The notes beneath the pieces are model-generated. The model did no database searches and was not told the origin of the DNA. It saw only the letters and a list, made by a program, of their open reading frames with translations. Shown here in pieces: positions 25,397-39,485 of a stretch of 64,000 nt of DNA. A program made the position numbers and the translations under genes. Location of the stretch: positions 1-64,000 of the forward strand of contig MQRK01249555.1 of NCBI GenBank assembly GCA_001938485.1. Direction: 5' to 3'. This stretch comes from Girardia tigrina. Lineage: Eukaryota. Numbering within the stretch: the first letter of the stretch is position 1; each line of letters starts with the position of its first letter.

Positions 25397-26141
25397 TTTA
25401 TTATTATTAATTTATTATTAAATATTTATTATTTATAATTAACCAAGAATTAATTATAAAGTGGATCGACCATATGTTTCCTTTGATTGATTTAAGCAAC
25501 GGTAAGTGTATTATTTGAGATTCGTGTCGAGTTCATTTAGGCCTACAAGTAAAAGAACATTGTATTAAGAGAAATGTTGAAATGATCGTGATCCCAGGGG
25601 GATTGACACCTTATCTACAAGTAGGAGATATAGGAATTTTTCGTTCCTTGAAAGATTTGATATATTTTCGTATTAATGAAAGGAAGAACTCTGATTCTGT
25701 TGTTTATACCAAAAATGGTAATCCAAAACCACCATCGAAGGAATCGGTTAATTCATGGGTCGGAGAATCTTTGTATGAATTGAAAACCGAAACCATAGAA
25801 AACTCAATAATATCATCAGGATTTAGTTCAAACCCTGACGATTGGTGTATAGCAAAGCATGATGTGTATGAAAGTTTTGCGAGGTTTGGGCTGTTTCAAA
25901 CCAGATTGAACAATTTCCCTACAAGTCTATTTCCGGGGAAGATGTAGATGATCAGGATATAGACTGTTTAGAAGATAATGATGATGTAGAATGTTTGGAT
26001 GTCGTTAATGAATAAAGTATCATTGATATTTATTTTCTTTTTTTATTCATATTTTGATATTTTTGTTAATGGGAATTGAAAGCACCAAATAGTATCACCA
26101 ACTTAAAAAAAATTTTAGTGATACTATTTGGCGATATCCAT
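25232..26141 (+). mobile_element. Deleted pogo/Tigger-like element (DDE_1 fragment)
   Basis: TIR core GATATC(A/G)CCAA(T/A)TAGTATCAC, TA-flanked. ORF 25582-25947 contains IPGGLTPYLQVGDIGIF. Confidence 0.85.
25359..25390. repeat. (TA)n microsatellite
   Basis: Direct reading. Confidence 0.9.
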
Positions 26142-26282
26142 TAGTAATAAAAATTCAAATAAGAATTGTCTCAATGTTCTTAATAAATATGGATATATAA
26201 TATAGTTTTAGAAGGGTCATTTTAACTTTTTCATTAGTTTTATAAAATTTATTAATCGAATATAAACAATATTTTTCATGTA

Positions 26283-26640
26283 TTGAGTTTTTTGGAAAGT
26301 TCATGCCGATTTTTAATAAAAATTCAAAAGCAAAATTTTTATGTATTTAATCAATAATCTTTTGCAATCGTTCCTGTAACTGAAAAATTCAATCCTTCCA
26401 AAACTTCTCAGGTTTCTCGGCGGAAAATTTATCATGATGGAATTTCAGGACATCTAAATGCTCGAAGTTCTTACCGTTAAGAAAATTATGCAGCGATCTA
26501 AATATGCAATAGTCAGAAGAGTCAATGTCTGGAAAGTATAGTGGGTTGAGTAGCACATACCAGTTAGGGTCTAACAACCTTTTCCTCGTAGCTAGAGACA
26601 TGAAATCTGACATTGTCATGATGTATACATCACCATTTAG
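26283..26640 (-). mobile_element. Mariner 3' fragment
   Basis: YFPDIDSSDYCIFRSLHNFL...KPEKFWKD, with a TIR-like end after TA at 26281. Confidence 0.7.
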
Positions 26641-27184
26641 ATTTATTGTTTGGTTGTTTTTTTGTTGGTTGATGATGAGAAAAACTGGATAAGATTGTTG
26701 ATTCAGTATTGCTTCGTCAAGTTAGTTACTTGATTACGTTGAATTTCATTTTTTATCGATTTTTCGTTTTTAAATAATATTTTATCGATTTTTTTAAAAT
26801 TATGTAATTTTGAAACGATTTTATTTATTTTTTTATTTATTCTTTTTTTTGGAAAATTTTGGACCTATTCATTGTCCCACTTAAAAGTATTTTACTACAC
26901 TTTCTTTGAAAGAAACCATTTAATGTCATATACAAACTTACAAAAATGTAATTTTTAATTATGAAATTACTCTTGTATAATGTTTCTTACTTCTGATTTT
27001 CTCCAAAAAGAAAAAGTTACTTGAACCGCAAATCATAAAATAATGTGTTTTGAATGGATAATATTAAGAAAATGATGGAATTTCATGTCACTAGACTGTA
27101 TAGATGCAAAAATAAATGTTGATATTCCACTGTTATGATTTTGTTTAAATAATTAGTGTCATTTATAACGGTCTTTTTAAATTA

Positions 27185-28835
27185 CCCTGAAATCTCGTTA
27201 TAAGCCTTAGGCTTAGTAGAGAAAAAGTTTTTTTTCAGCTTGGTAAAGGCTTAGTAAAAAATGGAGGCTTAGTATCTAGTAGAGGCTTAGTAAAGAAATT
27301 AGAAAAATTAATTAAAATTTTTTTTAATTTAATATAAAAACTTAAATCTGATCTTTATCATCATCTTCTTCATCACTTCCAAAGTTTCTATCATCCGTTA
27401 AAATGTCAATGAATTGATCACGAATGTCTTCATCATTAGTTTCCATGTCATCATCGTTATCATCTGGGTCTTCTTCGAAAACTTGATCAATTTCTTCTTC
27501 ATCATCACCGTAGAATTTGATTATTGTCTTTTAGAAACCACTTGTAATTGTTAAGACTGGAACTTCATTCCATGCTTCTGAAATCCATTTTGTAATTTCT
27601 TCGTATGATACACGGTTTAAATTTCCAGATTTTGTGTAATTTTTGTAACCGTTTATGAGCCAATTTTCCCACCTGCTTTGAAGACGTGATTTGAACGATT
27701 TATTGACACTGAGACTTGTAGTTTTTTAGTTAGACCTCCTGGAATCATAGCCATCAAAGTACCACTACGATGGAATTTTTCCTTGACGTTATCAGTTTTG
27801 TGAACAGGAGCACAATCGAGCATAAGTAATGATTTACGATTGAACATTACATTTTTCGCTTCATCCAAATTGCTTCATGCCAAAGTAGTTTCTGAAGCAG
27901 TCATGCATGATTTTTCATTTGCCGAGACGATGACATTTGAAGGATGATTGAATTTAGGAATTGTTTTGCGACGAAAAATGATATAAGCTAGAAGTTTAAT
28001 TCTACTTGCTGTTACGCAAAGAACAACCGTGAAGCGTGAGTATTCAGAACCTGTAGTGGAAACACGAATATCAGATGACCCTTGAAAATCCATGGTGAAT
28101 TTTGATGGAATATCAAAATATACTGGAACTTTGTCTATATTTCCAATATGATCAAGTGAATAGTTGTCTTTATGTTGAGTTACGAAATCAACGAAAGATT
28201 TCATTTATTTGTTTCCAATCATCTGGGAGTTTCTGACCGACTGATGTCAGTGCACGGCGAACAACACCATTTCGTTTCATGAAACTGGAAACCCAACAGC
28301 AAGATCCTTTGAAGTCATTAATTTTCATCCGAATTGCATGTGCTTTTGCTTCACGCTTAATAACCGTTCCAGACACTGGATGACCTTCTTTACGCGGTGC
28401 AGTAATCCAGGTCTTCATATGTGCCTCTATTGCTGGGTATTTTGCTGATCTTTTTCGTTTGACAACATTTCCTTCCTTCTTTGTCGCAGCTTCCATTTCT
28501 ACTTGTTGTTTTTTCCATCGCCTAATTTGACTAATGTTTACTCTAAAGTGCTCAGCAGCTTTTACTAGAGAATTATTGACTGCAAACTTGACAGCTTCGA
28601 CCTTGTAATTCACGTATAAGACTGTCGTTTTTTTGATGACATTTTAATTACCCTAAACCTTTTAAATTAATTATTCAATAACATGGATTTTATATTAAAA
28701 ATTAATTGCGAAAATTTTAGATAAAAATTCAGGTAGCGGCTTAATAAAGAAATTAGAAAAAATATGATGACCGAAATTATTTACTAATTATTTTCGGGCT
28801 TAGTAACTAGTAGAGGCTTATAACTAGATTTCAGG
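27185..28835 (-). mobile_element. Full-length pogo-like transposon, frameshifted (HTH, CENP-B HTH_Tnp_Tc5, DDE_1)
   Basis: TA-flanked TIRs CCTGAAATCT(C/A)GTTATAAGCC. ORFs contain KYPAIE, FKGSCCWVSSFMKR, IGNIDKVPVYFD, LMLDCAPVH, IPGGLTKKLQ. Confidence 0.92.
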
Positions 28836-28847
28836 TATTCATCACTT

Positions 28848-31800
28848 TGTAATATGATGTATTAGTGGTTCTTGGAACATCGTCGGAATTATTAGTAGCA
28901 GACATTAAAACTTCTAAATCTAATATTTAAACAAATTTATTATTTTTTTTGAGAAACAATTTGTTTTATAAACCTTAAACCGATATAGATAAAAATACTT
29001 ATAAATATTCATATTTGATTTTTCCATTACTTCTATAAGTCAATTTTAAATTACGATAACACTTTAAAATATTTAATCGTTTCATTTAATTTTATTACTT
29101 TTTTAAAATCGTTTCACATAAAAATTATACACTTTTTTTTACTTTTTATATTATATTAAAACTCTCAAAAATTTTTATTAGCAATTTAATTGATCTTCTT
29201 AATTTTAGTAATTTTATTTTTTCCAAACGTTACATATTTAATTATATAAAAATTTTAATTTGTACATATTTAATATAACCTTCTTTCAAAAATTTTCCTA
29301 ACATTTTTAATTCCTAACATGTTGTTTTTTATGTTTCTTTTAATTTAGAATAAATAAAAGCTACTCGTTTTTGTACTTTTAATACACTACAATTTTATTT
29401 AATCGTAAAATTTCGGAGAGCGATTCAATGGATTCCAAAATGTTCAAGCACATTCTGCCACAGGAAGCCTCAGAGAATGCGTATTCGTATTGGAAGACGC
29501 TATTCAATAAATTTCTGGTGAAAGCAAACATTCCAGAAGAAGAAAACAAGATGCATTATTACTTATGTATGGTGCCCAAGTTTTTTCAGTAATCGAAGGC
29601 TGCATGGATTTCGTCACAGCCATGGCTCGTTTAGACTCCAAATATATTAAGAAATCATCAGTCATCATGAATCGTCACTTGTTACGTTCACATAAACAAG
29701 GAACCGAATCTATCGAACAGTTCATGACAACTCTGAAACAATTGGCAAAGAAATGCCACACTCCGGCTCTCACGGCTATTCAACATAAGGAGCAGCTTCT
29801 CATAGATGCATTTTTTGCAGGTATTTCATCTACCCCGATTCGCCAACGTCTGTTAGAATGTTCCACCGAACAAAATACTTTAGATTATTTATACAAATTG
29901 GCACTGTCCTTGGAATTGACTATGTCTGACTGTCAAAGTTTAACCACGATGCCCTCGACTTTTACGAATGCGGCAGTTCGTTCAGCCCCTCAAGTCTGTG
30001 TCTTCTATGCTGATAAAGCTCATGCCGGCCGTTTCCAAGGTCCAGCTCGGTCATCAATTTGTAATAAATGCAACAAAAGAGGGCATTGGGTCCGTGTATG
30101 TTTATCTCATCGCAACAAAGTGAAAAGTGCCGCTTTATGTCAGCAATGGATTATTCAGGAGATCTGATGCATTTTGAAAAGGAATCTGATCATAATACTG
30201 ACATACTGGCTACACTAATACCACAAAGAAGACGAGATGGTTTGGTAATGGCAAATATAAATGATATCAATATGAAAGTGTTGATTGATACGGGATCAGA
30301 TAATACTTTCATTCACCAGTCTCATCTCAGTGAGTGTGGTTTATTTATTGACCCATCAGCAACCCGCTCAATTACCTTAGCCAATAACAAATATTCTGGT
30401 ATAACAGTTTATGTGGCAAAAAGCCTAGTAGTTCCCGTTATCATTAGTCGTAACATCCTCTAACGCCACTCAACTATACAACCGAATTTTGGTGGAAAGG
30501 AGCACCCGGTTACATTTTGTCTGACTTTAAAGACTTGGGATATAGAACCAATGGATCTTTTACCGGGTTTAGATGTAGCTCAACTAATCCCAATTGCAAC
30601 AACTTCACGTGGGTCATCACGCCATAAGAGTTTTATTACGGCAGAAATTCAAAGGCTGTTGCGTGAAGATATCATACAAGAGAGTAGGAGTCCTTGGAGG
30701 ACTCAATGTTTTTTATAAATGTGACTAAGAAACCTCGTCTAGTAATAGACTACTCTGCAACTATTAATCGATATGGTCGTGTTGAGGCCTATCCACCAGC
30801 CATATTGAGAAACTTTTGATGAAGGTTGCGGGAGTAGGGTATTTTCAACGATAGATCTACGTAGTGCATACCACCAGTTGCTATTGAAACCAGCTGACTT
30901 TCCTTTAACAGCTTTTGAAGCTAACGGACGACTATATGAGTTCAAACTCTGCCCTTTGGATTCACCAATTCTGTTCCAATATTTTAGAGGGCCGTGGATA
31001 TATTTATTAAAAAACAAAGTCTTCATGGAACTTATGCATACCTGGATAATATTATTATTTGTGGCGGTTCCATCGAGGAACATGATGCTCGATTTATGGA
31101 ATTTATGGTTGCAGCAAAGAAAGTGGGTCTCCAGTTAAACGACGAAAAATGCAAATTTTCTCAAAAAAGAATTTCTCTCCTGGAACATATTATAGAAGAT
31201 GACTTACTACGCCAGGATCCTGAACGTTTTAGAACTCTTATGGAATTTCCGGTTCCCACTACTCTGTCTCAGTTAAATCGATTGATTGGGTTTTTTTGCG
31301 TATTATGCTAAATGGATAAAAGATTGTTTGGATAAGACTCCACCATTGACTGGTGCTCGTCAATATCTCCAGGATACAGGAAAGTTATCAGAACCTGCCC
31401 TCCAATCAATTTCAGAACTTAAAAATCAGTTAAAGGACGCCGCTTTTGCTTCACAGAATTTTATTCGTCCTTTTGTGATTGAAATAGATGCATCCGAAAG
31501 AGCAATAGGGGCAACCCTGAATGAGGATGGAAGACCCATAGCCTTTATGTCAAGAGCATTATCATCATCTAAGAAAGGTCAATCGGTTGTGGAGAAAGAG
31601 GCCGCTGCGATTATTGAAGCAATAAGACGATGGTGAGATATCTATCATTCGGTCCCGTCTTTTACTATTGTTACAGATCAAAGATCTGTATCTTTCTTGT
31701 TTTCCGATACTCATTTGTCCAAAATCAAGAGCGAAAAATTACAGCGATGACGATTGGAACTCGCAGATTTTAATTAAGATATTTCGTATCACCCAGGACC

Positions 31801-33137
31801 ACTATACAAGGCAGTAGATACCATATCTCGATGCTCAAGTAGGAAATCTAATGACGATTTACGTGTCTTGCACTGTCAGTTGTGTCACCCCGGAGTAACA
31901 CGGCTGTTACATTATTGCAAGTGACATAATCTACCATATGGCGTGGAACATACCAGGTACATTATCATTTCCTGTGATATCTGCAAGGAACTAAAGCCGA
32001 GATTTTTCAAGCCCCTTAGTAAAAAGTTAATTCAAGCCACAAGGCCTTGGGAAAGAGTATCTATGGATTTTGTGGGTCCTTTGCCCAGTACTTCCGAATA
32101 TCGAAATCTTTTAGTTGTTGTTGATGAATTTTCAATGTATCCATTCGTATTTTCTTACAAAACCCAATTTGCTGACACTGTGATTGAACACCTTCTTTCC
32201 TTTTATCCCTGTTTGGATCTCCTAATCGAATTCATTCAGATCCCGGTGCACAATTCGAAAGAACTAGACTCAATGACTTTTTGGAAAGGAATGGTGTTGT
32301 AAAAACACGGACTACGCCTTATCACGCTGAGGGCAATCGGCAATGCGAGCGTGTTAATGGAACAATTCTTAAAACCATGTCGTTGAGCTTACGCCAACGA
32401 AAGTTTGAAAAAGCTAGGTGGGTCGAAGTGTTACCAATAGCTCTGGCATCTATACGAGGTCTCCTCGGTACGTCCACAAATGAGACTCCACATGATCGGT
32501 TCCTAGGGTTTTCAAGGCAATCTGGATTTGCATCACCCTTGCCTGACTTTCTGACTGATAAAGAAAATACTCTTGTACTTCATAGAAAACACATATGGAC
32601 TAAGGGGGACTTGTCGGTGGAACCTGTTATCCTCAAAGAAGTAATTTCTCTAAATCTTGCACCTGTACAATTCCAAGATTGTCTTGAAACCACTGTATCT
32701 ACACAAAATTTGGCCCCGTCAAGCAAAGAGACAACGGAATCAACTAACTCGACTCTACATGTATCGAAATCCGACAAAATACTGAAACTAATGACTCACT
32801 CCTTCAGGACACTACATTTAGTAAATCTTTGGTAGCTGTTGAAAATACATTGGGGTCACGCTCTGGATGCCCTCTACGACCACCACAAAACCTGTCAGAT
32901 TACGTCATCCACCACTGTTAATATAATTGAATTTTCGTTGAATAAAATAAATTTTCTTTTGACGAATTTGTATGAAAGCTTGATTAAATTGACGTCTTCT
33001 TGTATCCAGAAAAGATATGTTGTCGAAGTTATTATTTGATTTTATTTTTATTATTTTGAATTTTAGGAAATTTCGAGGGTAAGAAAATTTTCGTTGAATA
33101 GTTCGTTTGGTTAGGATATTCGAAATTTAGGGAGGAA
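28848..33137 (+). mobile_element. Gypsy/Ty3 LTR retrotransposon, decayed (putative 5' LTR 28848-29391, gag-PR-RT-RH-IN, PPT; 3' LTR absent)
   Basis: CCHC knuckle CNKCNKRGHWVRVC; protease LIDTGSD; RT IDLRSAYHQ and YLDN; RNase H DASE and EKEAAA; integrase WERVSMDFVGP; PPT AGGGAGGAA at 33129-33137. Confidence 0.92.
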
Positions 33138-33145
33138 TCTACTTA

Positions 33146-34578
33146 TCCAATTTTTTATTTTACCGATTGGAGCCAAGTTATTAAAGTTTGCTTTGTAACA
33201 GCAAATTTTAGCGATAAATCATGAACAATTTGTAATGGATCCGACTCCACGGTTAACTTCAGTTTGCATTTGTCTACCTGCGTTCCTTGACGATTCCGAG
33301 ACTCATTATTGAGTTTCAAATTGCCTTTCATGAATTTTCTGAACAAATTTTAGAATGTCTGCTGCATAGTAACATAGTATCTGAATAGAATATTAATGTT
33401 TCGCATGGTTTCTGATGCTGAGGTTCCATATATGAACTCGTGTACGTTATAATAGTTCAAATTTCTGTTTTTTTCATTTTTAAAATAGGGGAGACTCGAC
33501 TAATTTCGTGATATTAAGAGAATTTTGATTTTTTATACAGAAAATTAAAACATAGATATTAGAATATTATATAAGAGCATATGTACAAGATTCGTCCTTA
33601 AATATCTAATGTCAAATTTGCAAATTTCTTTTAGGTTTCGAAGTTATAGACCTAGAAGCAAACTAGGTTCTGTATGTCTAACTTCGTGATAAAGAAAGTC
33701 TAATTCCGTGATAATATATTTTCAGAAAGGCTAACTCCGTGATAATTTTTTTATATTATTAAAAGTACAATAAAGTCCTTCAAGGTGCTCCATGGTATCT
33801 TAAAAGCCTTTGCTGCTTTATAGACAGACCAGTTGTTCGTGATAACATTGTTAATAGCGTTTTTTATATCATTTTCAATATAGGCCTTATTCTTGTATGC
33901 CATGGATATCTAAAATCTAAAAATTATTTATTATGTTATTACAAATTGCTCCAAAAGAATTAAAGTCAAAATTTTCCTTAAATCACTAATCTTTTAGTGT
34001 AAAATTTTATAAAAATTCTGCTCTACAAAATTTTGAAAAAAAAATCTTAGAATTACCCACAAATTATTAGGAAATTTTAGGAAAAAAAAATTCAAAAACA
34101 CAAATTCAGGAACTTTTTTTTGTCTTTTGTACTTCAAAATAATAAAAAAAACAAAACATTTTTACAATAACAGAAATATGTTATTAGCAACAAGGCACGG
34201 CCTTTTCGATTTAATAAGAATTAACAAAATTATGAATAAAAATTATACACTATTTTGTGTGTTTACTATGTTATTATCAAAAACTTACATCAGCGTTTCT
34301 TTTTGTTAGTAGAACAATTTACTGTAATAGATAAAGCAACAAAAAATGGTCTAAAGAACTGGTATTACATTTTGCATTAGTTTTACTTAAGCTATCACGA
34401 ATTTAGCCGTGTCACGGAGAAAGCCGAGTCTCCCCTAGTGATTATTAGAACATATCATCGATAATTTTAATTAATTTTTATTGATGCATTTAATAGCCAA
34501 GATATGTAGCAATCAAAAAAACCAAACTGAGCAACAAAATGTTAAGTCATTTCACAAATTTCATACTTGACAACCTAA
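33146..34578 (-). mobile_element. Mariner 5' fragment split by a pogo-like insertion
   Basis: Similar to 23350-23546. TIR TTAGGTTGTCAAGTATGAAATTTG at 34578. Confidence 0.7.
33488..34435 (-). mobile_element. Non-autonomous pogo/Fot1-like element with pipsqueak HTH remnant
   Basis: TA|GGGGAGACTCG...CGAGTCTCCCC|TA. 33903-33778 translates MAYKNKAYIENDIKNAINNV...SVYKAAKAFKIPWSTLK. Confidence 0.85.
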
Positions 34579-35704
34579 TCTACATTTTGAAGTAAATTTT
34601 TTTATGTTTAATGGGTTTTAGATTTTATAGTCTTGCCAGCTTCATAAAGCAAATAAAGAATTAAATACATAAATGTTATAAGTAGGTAATTTATGCTTAT
34701 TTAGCATTAAATGTTTCATGCAGTGAGAATAAAACTAGATCACGTATCTATAGAAGCATTTAACTAGTTTATTGGCATTGAAAAAGTTACAAATCTGTAT
34801 CTTCAATAAAGTTAAGAAACACTACAACATTTTATGTATCACTAAGGTGAGTCAAAAATGATGTCGCCTTCATTACTTATAGATCCTTATTATTTGAAGT
34901 CTCAAAACTTGATCATTCTACTAATCAAACTTGCTTGTAATAAATTTTAACAATTTGTTTAGTAAATCATTGAAGAAATAACAAGTTCTATTAAATCAAA
35001 AGTCAGTCTAAAACACATTAATTATACAAATATGACAAAAAACGCTGTAGATGTATATTAATTTTATAATTTATTAAAGTTTGCATTATTTTTCTTTCAA
35101 ATTATTTATTTTTTTTCAAAAAATAATTCAAACATTATAAATATCAATTCTCAAAAAAATTTTTCTATTAGAATTTACTTTTAGTATTAAACAAAACACA
35201 AAAAATGAAGAATACTGATCTGATTTGGCAAAGAATTTTTGTCAGAAAAATAAATCGAATCAAATATTTATTATAGTTTATCAAATTTCATAAAATGCAA
35301 TTAAAAATTTAGCTGATATAATTCATTTTCCAAAATTTAGTCTGACGAGACTTTGAGTTTTATCTGACGTTAATATTAAAAAAAATAAATAAATAATTCT
35401 TTCTAATTAAAATTGCAAACTAATGAATATTGACAAAAAATTAAAATAATAAAAATATAAGATAAAAAAGAAAATATATTGACTTCAGAAATAATTCATC
35501 ATTAACTGACTAATTTTCTTTTGAATAAAAGATCAAAAAACTGACAAAATGTTTTGGAAAAAACATCCAGACCTCCTCCTCAAGTAAACGTTTACAACGT
35601 TTTATTTGTAAATAAATTTATTTTTCCTTTTAATAAAAAGAATTTTCAAGTTTTCCAGTTATATTTTTTTTATCAGCAAAAAATAGTTTCACAACCGGTA
35701 ATAC

Positions 35705-35771
35705 CTGCAACACCTGTCGAGTAAGCTCTATCTGAAAGCCAAAGTTCAGTATCACTTAGTGGTACATCCAT
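35705..35771 (-). CDS. egr: EGR-family transcription factor, putative coding exon 1 (MDVPLSDTELWLSDRAYSTGVA/G)
   Basis: ATG at 35771, open to GCAG|GTATT. The phase-1 donor matches the phase-1 acceptor at 23968. An alternative phase-1 donor ACAG|GTGTT lies 9 nt earlier. No homology support for this exon. Confidence 0.55.
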
Positions 35772-35989
35772 AAATAGTTATTATTAACAAATTAATAAAT
35801 TTTTATCATCTTCCCTTATTACTGTAAACAAATTAGTTGTTTAAAATAATCACGACTAATTAAATTGTTTAAATTATTATATTTTTGTATTATAATTAAA
35901 AATTTTGTCAAATTTTGTAATTTTAATATCAAATAAAATCTCAATTAATAAAGGAGTTTAATCTATTTACCATTTACAATCATTACTAT

Positions 35990-36658
35990 GGGATCGTTCA
36001 TAAACTACGTCACGCGATTTTTTCGTTTTCATAGCCCTCCCCTCCCCGTCGTCACAACTCGTCACAAAATATTATACCCCCTATAAAACTACGTCACAAA
36101 TTTCGGAGCCCCCCTCTTTTTAAATAAAAAATATTTAAACAAAAGCCTTTCAACTGAATTCAGGTAAACAAAATTTATATTAATTCATTTAAAACAAAGG
36201 AAAAAAACAAAACCATACTGTGACATTAAACATAGTAAAAATATAATAAACAAATCAAATTGTTGAAAATTGCGATCAATTCAGAGTTGAACTCCAAAAA
36301 TCGGCACAGTCCCATCGATTATGAAACCTGATTTAAAAATGGACTCTGATCTGCAAAAATTCACATAATTTCGTCCAGGGAAAATTTCAGTTGATCTTTG
36401 CGATCTCTGTGGCTTTCCCCCTCGTTAAAATAATATTCTATTAATTCCCTGGCTGTGTTATGATATCTCAAAACCAAATTTTTCACTATTAATTTATTAA
36501 TTTTATTGTAAGCGCATCAGGAGACGATTTGTAGATATTTTATGATTTTTTGAATGTGACTTCACATTTCAGAATACCCCCTTCCCTATCATCACACATC
36601 GTCTCAGTCAAATGAACCCCCTCCCCCTTAGTAGGTGACGTAGTTTATGAACGAACCC
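35990..36658. mobile_element. PIF/Harbinger-type MITE
   Basis: 24-bp TIRs GGG(A/T)TCGTTCATAAACTACGTCAC and 3-bp TSD TAT. Confidence 0.85.
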
Positions 36659-37461
36659 TATGAGGAGCAGGCGCACTCTTAAAAATTTTGAAATAATTAA
36701 TTTTTATAAATAAATTAAAAAAAGAAAATATCTAAAATCAAAAGTTTTTTGAAAGAATTATAATTAAAAATATCTCTAATTAATTTTAAACAGTTATTTT
36801 CAAGAATAATTTAATTTTATTTTCTTAAAATTTAAGTTGAAATTAATTGTCAAATAATTGATTTAAAAAAATATATAAAGCTAATGAAAATTATGTTTTA
36901 AATTAATTTTAAAAGTTATTCTCAAAAAATAAATTAATGAAATTTTGATTGATAGAAATGTAATTTTTAAAAACAGATAATTTTTAAATATTAAGTTGTT
37001 GGAAATTCTGTAAATTAATAATTTGATAAATAATTTAATTTTAAACAGCTTTTTTTAAAGAAATCAAACAATCAATAAAAAATTTATAATTAATATAAAT
37101 TTTAGTATTAAATAAATTTAAATATTCTAAATTATTTTTTTGTATTTAAATTATATAAATGTTAAAGGATTTTTTAATTAAATTTTGAATTCTATTCTTG
37201 ATCAAAAACCCAACAATTACCACTGAAAAACTATATTAAAATCATTTATATATCAAAATTATATAAATATAATATAACGATGTGTAGAAAATAAATCTCT
37301 ATTTTTGATATCTGGAAATTGGCCAAGTTTATTTAATAATGAATTATTATTTTTTTAAGTGTCTCAAGAGGAAAGTAAAAGTAATTTTCAGATTGAATAA
37401 TAATAAAACTTTCTGGAAAATTGAAAAATTTAGGTGTAATGCTGATTTAATTTTCTAAATA

Positions 37462-37547
37462 CAGTGGAAACTCCATATAGTCACAGTCTATATATAATCA
37501 CACTTCTAAGTGGGTCCCCTGAGTGTGAATATAAGAAGATTCAACTG
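37462..37547. mobile_element. Tiny Tigger-like MITE
   Basis: TA|CAGTGGAAACT...AGATTCAACTG|TA. Confidence 0.55.
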
Positions 37548-37589
37548 TACATATAAATTGGAAGTTTAATATATAAACCAGTCGTTAAT

Positions 37590-38040
37590 AATCATAGAAA
37601 TATTTCGAAACATGAAGTATGTAGTATTTTTTATGTTGTTTTTGTATTGTGTCTCCTACCCAGAGGGTCGATTGATATTTTAGCGTTTTATAATCCAGAC
37701 TGTTAGAACAGAATTTTAAAATTTTCAATCTTCATTTCTTATTATTTTTGTGAAATTGAATTTTAATAATTTTCTTATTTCAAATTTGGATTTATTATTA
37801 TATTTTTTCAAAAAAATATTTTTATAACTTGTGATAAATTACAATTTTAAAATAAAGTTTTAAAATCAACTTAAATCTCCAAATGTGTAAAGTATGAAAT
37901 TAAATTATCATTAAAATAAATTAAATAATTTATTTTGAACAATAATGATTCAGAAACTCTCTTTAGTTTTTCAATCAAGAACGGTATCGATGTATAAAAA
38001 GTTCCCTACGGATTGTTCAGAGAATAAGCCAAACTATAAT
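37590..38040 (+). mobile_element. Diverged family-A LTR-like copy
   Basis: GTGTCTCCTACCCAGA core at about 37649. Boundaries approximate. Confidence 0.35.
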
Positions 38041-38149
38041 ATTAATTAAGATTATAAAAATGTAAATTCTCTTAACAAATAATTCTTCTGATAATAAATT
38101 GTTCAACGCATTCATTTTAAAATTTCCATGCCCGTTTATTTTTGACAAT

Positions 38150-39300
38150 CACTTTCTGACCGACTTACAGTTTTGAATTACAGCATAATTCTTGATGAAC
38201 ATGTGATAAAAGTGACAAAACTCCAATAAAGTTTGCAGTTCTTTTTTAAAGTAAGGTAACTTCCATTTTTATGCTAATGATTTTATAATGGTCTGTTTTA
38301 AAATCTTCTTCATTGATTATATGATATACATTTTTATCTCTGTTTTCATAAACTTACATTTTATTGGAACTAGTTTTAACCCCGTCTGTTTTATTTTCGA
38401 TAGCACCATTTCCAATCTTTGGTTGTGCTTCTCTATAGTTTTTATCCTTCATGGTTTAAAATTAATCGACTTATCCTTTTCTGTATTAATGTTATCTTCA
38501 ATTAGATCACTTTTCCAGATATTCCGTCTGTACGCACTAAATATATCTTCATTAGTCCATAGCATTTGCATCAGGATATTTCTTGTCTGTTTGTTACGTA
38601 CTTTAAATAGCTCATTAATGTACATTTATTAATGCATTTCTTTTATTGATATTTCTTCTTTCTTCTCTTTCTCATTCGAAAGGCTGTATATTGATAGTAT
38701 CCTTTCATTTGTTAGTCTCTGTGATAAAACTCTGTTAAATACAACGTAATTCCATTATGTAAGTACATATGTACTTCCCCCTTCAATGTTAGTTAATCTG
38801 ATCCCTAAATATCAATCAATGCATCTCATAAAGTTATTCATTACTAACAGGTCATTCCCACTGAGTTCCTCTTTTTTTCATGTAAATATATTCTCTCGAT
38901 TTTCATCTTTCATATTTTCCTTGTAACTGTCCACTCTCATTCCTCGAATGAAATAATTTTCTGTACCACTTGTAAGAATATTATTTAATACAACAATTCT
39001 ATATATTTTAATATCTTGAGTCTCTATTAGGCTATTTTACGACTACTAAGGGTTAACCCCGGAGTTAAAAGACTCCATAGGTATGGTTTTCGAAATAAAT
39101 TGTATTCTTCATATTCAGTATTTCGATAAAATCATATCTTGTATTTACTTATATCTTGTCTTTCTTCATGTTTCTCAGCTCAATTAGAATGTGGAGAAAT
39201 ATTTTGAACATATTGTAGAAAACATAGACCTTAATATAGGGACGGATATTGAGTGTTTTCGACAGTTTAAAAAGACTAAGATAACGAAATTTGTAGCAGT
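38150..39300 (-). mobile_element. Highly degenerate Gypsy pol fragment
   Basis: - strand about 38420-38335 translates RLEMVLSKIKQTGLKLVPIKCKFMKTEIK, an RT C-terminal motif. Confidence 0.55.
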
Positions 39301-39485
39301 TAAAATTACATAGAAATTTCGTTTCAGAAGAATATTTGCGATCATAACTGTAAATAGTATTATAAGTAGTGTTATAGAAAGATTACTAACAACACACACT
39401 GTTTAACATATATAAATATATAGGTCGGATGCATCATTTATATAAAATGAAACCATTATTGATATAAATGGAAGTTTTCTTCGAT

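Noticed and set aside
35342-35370. CTGACGA hammerhead-like core
   Set aside because: No GAAA after the putative stem II.
38288-38632. Hydrophobic 114-aa ORF on the + strand
   Set aside because: Antisense shadow of the decayed Gypsy pol fragment.
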